The notes under the pieces: model-generated | The model's input: only the letters and a program-made list of their open reading frames with translations | The model's database searches: none | Told to the model about the DNA's origin: nothing | Shown here: positions 53,312 to 58,847 of the stretch, in pieces | Position numbering within the stretch: the first letter of the stretch is position 1 | How the letters are laid out: each line of letters starts with the position of its first letter | IMG/VR virus record: IMGVR_UViG_3300044796_000233 | Location: 1-58,847 of that record | Reading direction: 5' to 3' (one strand) | DNA length: 58,847 nt | From: a virus | Lineage: Duplodnaviria > Caudoviricetes | Made by a program: the position numbers and the translations under genes

Positions 53312-54101
53312 CTTTTATTGTACCTTTTATCTGCAGATATATGCTCTGTCTATTTACACCCAGTGCCTTTGAAGCCTCTGTCAAACCTTCAAACACCTGC
53401 CCAGTCTCTATGCATTCAACTTTTTTGGTATTAGCTGGTTTCTTGCCTAACTTCGTGGCTCGCATCTTGGCTCGAACTTCGGTTGTGTATTGATCCTTGT
53501 GAGCTTCGGTCCAAGCCTCACCGGTGGGCAGTTCGCGTTTCCGGTAGGCTTTGTGTAGGTTATCTAAGGCTTCGCCGGTTCGTTTCTGACCTACGTTTGG
53601 GTTGACGTATCCAGGAACCTCGTAAGCTGCCTTACGGGCCTTCCCTACCTTGAGCTTTTGTGCTTCCGACATAGGAATGCCTTTGTTGGGAGGTGTCTTA
53701 CCTTTTAGCTTTGGATAATTTCTTGCTTGGTATTCCGGATCTTTGTGCAAAGCAACCATTGTGTCAGAGATTCGTTCTCTGACTTCCTCGGCCATTTCTC
53801 CATTCATGTGACCACCGACAGTCTGATTGTACCCATTCGGAACCATAGTCCCTAGAAGTTTGATGTAAAACCGCTCCCGTTCATTAAGATGGTCACAGTC
53901 TCTGCATTCTTCTAAAACTTCCCACACAAAATCTCCGGAACCGTACTCACTTATAGCTTTGTGAATAGGAGCTGGATAAATAACATCTGCAATATTAGCG
54001 GCGGCTCTTAGATGCTCTCCCCTCCTAGTATTTAAAGAGCGCGAAGTTTGGCCAATATAAGACTTACCAGTACTGACGTTAGTGGCTTTGTAAATAATCA
54101 T
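53268..54101 (-). CDS. GIY-YIG homing endonuclease with NUMOD repeats
   Basis: MIIYKATN...SYIGQT...R..EH, GYNQT; C-terminal KKVECIETGQVF..LTEAS HTH. Confidence 0.92.
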   Translation of the reverse strand: MIIYKATNVSTGKSYIGQTSRSLNTRRGEHLRAAANIADVIYPAPIHKAISEYGSGDFVWEVLEECRDCDHLNERERFYIKLLGTMVPNGYNQTVGGHMNGEMAEEVRERISDTMVALHKDPEYQARNYPKLKGKTPPNKGIPMSEAQKLKVGKARKAAYEVPGYVNPNVGQKRTGEALDNLHKAYRKRELPTGEAWTEAHKDQYTTEVRAKMRATKLGKKPANTKKVECIETGQVFEGLTEASKALGVNRQSIYLQIKGTIKVAGGKHFRYLKDKD

Positions 54102-54118
54102 AAATGTCTCCTATTGCC

Positions 54119-54146
54119 AGTATGATCTAGGGGACAAAAATGTCAA
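54119..54146 (-). promoter_or_regulatory. Sigma70-like promoter TTGACA-N16-CATACT
   Basis: Between the capsid terminator and the GIY-YIG RBS. Confidence 0.55.
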
Positions 54147-54157
54147 GTATCTGTAAT

Positions 54158-54188
54158 AAAAAAAGGCCAGGACTTTCGATCCTGGCCT
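54158..54188 (-). terminator. Rho-independent terminator after the major capsid gene
   Basis: AGGCCAGGA/TCCTGGCCT stem followed by a T7 run. Confidence 0.85.
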
Positions 54189-54215
54189 CAAAATCAAATG
54201 ATTTTAACTAGTTAT

Positions 54216-55499
54216 TTAGGCAGAAAGCTGGACCACACAATTCCATCCCGGGGCCGAGCAGATAAGGTTGCCATAGTAACCTATACGAATCTCTAAAGCA
54301 TCCGCATTACCAACACGCAAGCCTTCTAACCCCTCCATGCCGTAGGTCAAAATATGTGGAACTTTTCCGAGTGAACGCAATTTCCAAGTTGACATGGTCA
54401 ACAAGTAGCACGTCTGCGGAGGGCAGCTGCGATCGGCCAGCACAGTAACGCGTCCGTAAGCGCTCTGGAAGGTGATACCTTCGAAAGCAACTTCAACCTC
54501 GTCGTGCTTAACTTGCACGTACTGAACCTTCGCTCCGAGCGCATTCACCAGGGCCGCGTAGCTAGCGAAGTCCATGATCGCGAGATCAGGCTTGCCACCT
54601 TCGCGGTTGAGGAACGCAAGCGCATTCGTCATACCTTCTTCGATGGTGTACGACTGCGCATTGTACCGGAGACCTGCCAAACGAGTCGGATCTACAGAGC
54701 GGTTAACGCCCCAGAAGTTATCCGAACCACCCGGTGTAGTCGTCGGGATCCACGCCGCAAGACCGGAGAGAGCTACGTAGCTCGCTACTGCACTCGCACC
54801 GGAGATCACGTCACCATACACGCCGAGCTGGTTACCAGCCGTCGTCCAAGACGAATCGGTGGAGGTAGCCGTACCGGTAACGATACCGTTAGCGCGGTCA
54901 ACTGCTGTCACCGCGAGCTGGGTCGAGGAGACAGAGCCAATCGTTCCAGCGGTGTTAACGAAATTGACAAGAGTCATGCCAACTTCGAAGTTAACGATCT
55001 GCTGAGCGTTACTGAGCGTGATCGCATAGATCGCGCCGGATGGGTTAGTCGCAGAGCCGATTTGACCACGGGAAGCCGTACCGTCACCGAACAACTCGAA
55101 AGCGATGTTGTTGGTGATGTTGCGGAACCCGCCGTCCATCTGGAGCTTAGCGGCGTCAACGAATGCACCGGCATTCGTCTTCGTCTGTTCCATCAGGAGG
55201 TTGGTGATCGTCACCAGCTGGTAGTCTTCGATCGTGTAGACGAAGAAGGATGCCAGCTGCGTAGGCGTCTGTTGGTTCTGGGCGTTCGAGAACGTATGCG
55301 AACGACCTTGCGGCGTTCCGTACTCGAGCGGGACCGGGATGTACTTACCGGCGAAACCGTCTGGGCTTTCGTTCTTAGGAACGAGGGCGAAGAACGGATT
55401 CTCCTTGTACACCAGGTCTTTCATGTACTCCTTATCGTCGGTGTACAATTCTTTCAAGGCTGCGGTCTGATTAGAGCTATTTGCGTAAGTGGCGGCCAT
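54216..55499 (-). CDS. Major capsid protein
   Basis: 427 aa, LKELY...FAGKYIPVPL...FGDGT pattern; follows scaffold, precedes strong terminator; biased codon use. Confidence 0.85.
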   Translation of the reverse strand: MAATYANSSNQTAALKELYTDDKEYMKDLVYKENPFFALVPKNESPDGFAGKYIPVPLEYGTPQGRSHTFSNAQNQQTPTQLASFFVYTIEDYQLVTITNLLMEQTKTNAGAFVDAAKLQMDGGFRNITNNIAFELFGDGTASRGQIGSATNPSGAIYAITLSNAQQIVNFEVGMTLVNFVNTAGTIGSVSSTQLAVTAVDRANGIVTGTATSTDSSWTTAGNQLGVYGDVISGASAVASYVALSGLAAWIPTTTPGGSDNFWGVNRSVDPTRLAGLRYNAQSYTIEEGMTNALAFLNREGGKPDLAIMDFASYAALVNALGAKVQYVQVKHDEVEVAFEGITFQSAYGRVTVLADRSCPPQTCYLLTMSTWKLRSLGKVPHILTYGMEGLEGLRVGNADALEIRIGYYGNLICSAPGWNCVVQLSA

Positions 55500-55570
55500 C
55501 GGGCTACCCTTTCATGTTGCGGCTACTGGCATCGGTCGTCAGACCTATCCGGTAACAGCGAGATTGATTG

Positions 55571-56584
55571 TTAGGATTTATTAAGTTTTCCCTCGAAAGC
55601 GAGTAGTGCTCTTTCCTTCGCAGTGAGAGGCCTATTGGCGCTCATGGCGTTAGTGAGAGTTTTCGCTGGCGGTGACTGCTTAGGGGTTGCCGCAGCTGGT
55701 GCGGGTTGAAGCTTCTGGGTAATCTTCTTAGTCTTGGCGATCTTTAACGCCTCTTCGACCAGGTGATCTTCGACCATCTTTGCGGCTACTTCAATATCCA
55801 GCACGGTACCAGCAGGGTACTCGTCGCTTAGGCCTTCTTTGAAGGTACGCTCGATTAGGTCAACCACATCGCCAACGGAGCCGGTGGCATGAACTACCTC
55901 GAAGTCGGGATTGGTCTTCACCAGGGTCGCAACGTCTCGGCGGATCGTTTCCACTGCTTGTTTATAAGCGTTAGTTTGGTTTTCCTCGTAGGATCGCTTG
56001 GTCTGCTCTTGCTCGCCCTTCAGGGCTTTGATTTCGTCACGTAGCGCCTTCAACTCACCGGCCAAGGCAGCGTCCTCGATGCGGGGTTGGTTAAGAATGC
56101 GATTGGTCAGATCGTCATAATTAACACCGGCTTCGTTAAGAACAGAGAGGGGGTCTTCCGTTAGACGGGACTTGGCAATATAATCGGTCTTATATTGCGC
56201 CTCTAAGGCCTTCACAGCCTCTTCCCTAGCTTTAAAAGCAGCTTCTTGTGCTTTAATTTCTAAGGCTTTGGCTCTGATGGCTTTTTCTCTACGTGCCAGC
56301 TGCGCGTACTGAGACGAAAGCGGTTCCTCCGGTGCCTTTGTCACTGCGGGCGCTTGGGAACTCTCACTAGTGTGGTTTTCTGTGGCGGGCTCTTGAACTT
56401 GGGACGTTACCGCTCCCATTTCCTCCGGCGAAATACGGGTAGGATTGGATACAGGATTGGATATGGCGTTAGCCTCCATAGCAGCGTTTAGCTTAGCTAG
56501 CGCTCTAGCTTTACCATCCTGCATGGGTTGGGAGGTTGAGGGCGTGACTGTAGGACCAGCTTTAGGGCTTACTTGAAATGACAT
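55571..56584 (-). CDS. Capsid scaffolding protein
   Basis: Coiled-coil, Ala/Glu-rich, KTLTN...ER..LA C-terminus; directly upstream of the capsid gene. Confidence 0.75.
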   Translation of the reverse strand: MSFQVSPKAGPTVTPSTSQPMQDGKARALAKLNAAMEANAISNPVSNPTRISPEEMGAVTSQVQEPATENHTSESSQAPAVTKAPEEPLSSQYAQLARREKAIRAKALEIKAQEAAFKAREEAVKALEAQYKTDYIAKSRLTEDPLSVLNEAGVNYDDLTNRILNQPRIEDAALAGELKALRDEIKALKGEQEQTKRSYEENQTNAYKQAVETIRRDVATLVKTNPDFEVVHATGSVGDVVDLIERTFKEGLSDEYPAGTVLDIEVAAKMVEDHLVEEALKIAKTKKITQKLQPAPAAATPKQSPPAKTLTNAMSANRPLTAKERALLAFEGKLNKS

Positions 56585-56602
56585 ATAGTTGCTTTCTTTT
56601 GG

Positions 56603-57034
56603 TTATTGTTCGCTATCAAAGGCATCTCGCCATACGCGAGATAGCCGCTCCTGGCACCGTTGCCAGAAAGTCTTTTGTGTTGGGATTTCAGCGGGGTAAA
56701 AGGCGGCGTAATCTTGCTCATACCGTGCTCGTTCAAGTTTGGCCTCGGTATCCTCCAGCTGCCGTTTCCGAATCAGAGTTTGGATCTCTTCCCGCTCCTC
56801 CGGTGTGAATGACACCGTGGACATCTGCTCTTCTACCATTAAAATCGCTTTAGACCGCCTAGAAGCCTCTAGGATCGATTTGTTTGCTTGCCATAGGGTC
56901 TCCCTATGTTCTTGCTCCGATCGCCAAGCCTTGAGGCTATTAGCGTCTCCAATAGGGATTACGGTGTAGGGGACCTTTTTAGCAGCGGGGGCGACATAGG
57001 TGGCGTCGGTCTCAAGACCGTATTTGTTTCTCAT
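56603..57034 (-). CDS. Hypothetical protein
   Basis: 143-aa ORF between portal and scaffold. Confidence 0.7.
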   Translation of the reverse strand: MRNKYGLETDATYVAPAAKKVPYTVIPIGDANSLKAWRSEQEHRETLWQANKSILEASRRSKAILMVEEQMSTVSFTPEEREEIQTLIRKRQLEDTEAKLERARYEQDYAAFYPAEIPTQKTFWQRCQERLSRVWRDAFDSEQ

Positions 57035-57096
57035 AGTCGTTGCTTTCTTTTTGGTTTTAGGTGCTCGAGTTACTTTTGAGCACCGGGAGTTATAGC

Positions 57097-57142
57097 TAGT
57101 TTATGTAGATCTATTGAGTTTGCGATAGATCTACATAAACTA
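57097..57142. repeat. 18-bp perfect inverted repeat overlapping the portal stop codon
   Basis: TAGTTTATGTAGATCTAT-N10-ATAGATCTACATAAACTA. Confidence 0.85.
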
Positions 57143-58847
57143 TGCTGCGGCGGGGGCGTTCTGCAGGAGCGGGGACGAGGGAGGAGCCTCCGGTGTAGCT
57201 AAGGGTTGCGCACCGGGGGGTCCGGGCATGTTCGGTGCTGCCATGGCCGGTGCTGGAGGCGGTGTCGCCGCCTGTACGATTGCCTGTATCTGCGCAAAAA
57301 AGTCACGTAGCATCTGCATACGGTCTTCTGGAAGCTTGCACTGGCCATACTGGTTGATGTACTGCACGACGAACTTAGACGCTAGTTGCAGGTCCATGAA
57401 TGGATCCGGCGGCGTTGCAATACCGTCCTCGACGATCTGGTCCAGGATCTGAAAGATACGCTCTTCAGCGGCATTCTCCAGGGTGTCGATCTGCTCGATG
57501 TCCGGGAACCGCAGTAGGCGTCTAGCTTCACGCAGATCGATCATACCGGCTTGTGCCATCTCGGTGACTTTTTGCATACGCCCAGCTGGATCTCGTGGGA
57601 GTGACGATTCGTTAAAGCACTGGATGACAAAGGTGTCATCAAGCAGAGACGCCTCCGGTAGATCAATCTCCTTACGCCCGGTCTTGCGGTCGGGGTACAC
57701 CGTGGAGTAGGACCCGTCTCTGACTGCTATGTCTTTAGCAAGGTCAATGATCTGGTAGGCGAGATCCACAAATACGTTGTCGTAATTTCTTGCAAGGGCT
57801 GCGAATCGATCCGTTGCGATGTCGTCGTAGACTCGTTGTGCCTCACCAGAGTTGAGCCCAGCTGGTTTCTCGCCTGACGCTTGCATGTTAGATACACCGC
57901 ACTGTTGGTAGGCGTACTGTATGAGACGCTGAAGCTGTCCGTATAGCTCTTGAGGGACACAAGGTGCAACTTCATAGATTGGTTTCGTCCCTCTGTATTT
58001 TATGATTACGCCTACGTCATTGTTATTGTGGGCGGCGTCGACCTTGGATCCGGCTTCGAGGAACACGCGTGGTACACCAACCAGCTTGATAGCGCGGCTG
58101 ATGGTGTATAGGAGGCTGTTGATCTCCATCTGCGTTCCCATAAGCTGTTCTGCTAGGCCCTGAGCCCAGAAGCCTAAGAGGCGGGGGCTATAGTGGAGGA
58201 ACACAAACGGGAACTTATCCTTGGTGTACTCGTCGTCACAAAGTAAGCCTTCGCTACAGGCAATGACATGGCGTCCGTCTTTAGCGTTATTACCAGAAGG
58301 CAAGTGCCAGCCTTCGACTACCATGACGAGGTCTGACACCGTCTTGGACGAGTCGGCGCTGTTGTCGGGGTAGGCGGCGGAGGCGTTGGTGATCATCGCA
58401 TCCTTGCCTTCGAACATGTCTTTCAGCACCGAGCGGTCAATGAGCTTCATTTGGTACAGTTGCCGCGGCTCACCGTAGATGCCTTCGTTTGGGTCAGTGA
58501 GGAGCTCTGTAAGTAGTACGCGATCGACGCCGACTCGATTGTCCGGCGTCTCGTAAATCTTTAAGCAACCGGTGCCGGTAACAAGCGCGTCACGAAGGAT
58601 GGTGGCAGCTTTGTCGTAGGACTTAGTTTGATAGAACTCGCCTTGAATAAAGTTATTTAGTTGCTTAGCTAAGCGGCGTTCTTTATAGTCGCTGTTGTCG
58701 GTGAGGAACACCGGGGCTGGGCGGCTTTGGCTGATACGGCTCACCAGGGTATCGGCTGCACTTTGTACTACGTTGAACGTCGGGCGATCGGCAGGAAGAC
58801 CGGTGCTTTGGTCTAGCTTCGTCATGTTGCTGCCGATGAAGTTGTAC
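57140..58847 (-). CDS. Portal protein (N-terminus at 872..1086 on circularisation)
   Basis: NVVQSAADTLVSRI, DALVTGTG, GVSNMQASGEKPAGLNSGEA, Pro/Ala-rich tail; between terminase and scaffold. Confidence 0.88.
   Translation of the reverse strand, partial: YNFIGSNMTKLDQSTGLPADRPTFNVVQSAADTLVSRISQSRPAPVFLTDNSDYKERRLAKQLNNFIQGEFYQTKSYDKAATILRDALVTGTGCLKIYETPDNRVGVDRVLLTELLTDPNEGIYGEPRQLYQMKLIDRSVLKDMFEGKDAMITNASAAYPDNSADSSKTVSDLVMVVEGWHLPSGNNAKDGRHVIACSEGLLCDDEYTKDKFPFVFLHYSPRLLGFWAQGLAEQLMGTQMEINSLLYTISRAIKLVGVPRVFLEAGSKVDAAHNNNDVGVIIKYRGTKPIYEVAPCVPQELYGQLQRLIQYAYQQCGVSNMQASGEKPAGLNSGEAQRVYDDIATDRFAALARNYDNVFVDLAYQIIDLAKDIAVRDGSYSTVYPDRKTGRKEIDLPEASLLDDTFVIQCFNESSLPRDPAGRMQKVTEMAQAGMIDLREARRLLRFPDIEQIDTLENAAEERIFQILDQIVEDGIATPPDPFMDLQLASKFVVQYINQYGQCKLPEDRMQMLRDFFAQIQAIVQAATPPPAPAMAAPNMPGPPGAQPLATPEAPPSSPLLQNAPAAA
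57977..58847. repeat. Right copy of terminal direct repeat; allele B
   Basis: ~95% identical to 1-871. Confidence 0.95.

Noticed and set aside
54504-55574. 356-aa + strand ORF
   Set aside because: In-register antisense shadow of the codon-biased major capsid gene; no recognisable motifs.
1-58847. tRNA genes, CRISPR array, integrase/att sites
   Set aside because: No cloverleaf with T-loop consensus, no regularly spaced repeat-spacer array and no recombinase motif found by eye; a tRNAscan/HMM run would be needed to exclude them fully.

Overview
An essentially complete ~57,976-bp dsDNA tailed phage genome with podovirus-like morphogenesis genes, opened inside the portal gene. Bases 1-871 are repeated at 57977-58847 as a ~95%-identical allele. 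Almost all genes are on the - strand. They include terminase, portal, scaffold, major capsid, head-tail/nozzle proteins, three ejection proteins, a tail fibre and a GH24 endolysin. The replication/recombination block has PolA, a RepB-type primase-helicase, SSB, dUTPase, class II RNR, an RNase H-like exonuclease, an SbcC/SbcD-like nuclease and RecA. A + strand cluster of small accessory genes lies at 26.7-32.4 kb. I recognised no integrase, repressor, RNA polymerase, reverse transcriptase, tRNA or CRISPR array. The most unusual signals are: (1) three paralogous Imm5-like genes whose Ala-rich variable cores are written almost entirely in NNC codons (174 of 176 codons, 15 of the 16 NNC codons used) between near-identical flanks, which is DGR-like although no RT is present; (2) an HNH-type HTH domain encoded exactly antisense to the C-terminus of a structural gene; (3) a phage-specific ACCACACTWRTR motif before late genes; (4) apparent genome-wide enrichment of CACCG/CGGTG; (5) a shared [MF]AxGG peptide motif in three putative virion proteins; (6) about nine homing-type endonuclease genes in various states of decay. 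Functional calls come from motif recognition by eye, not from database searches.
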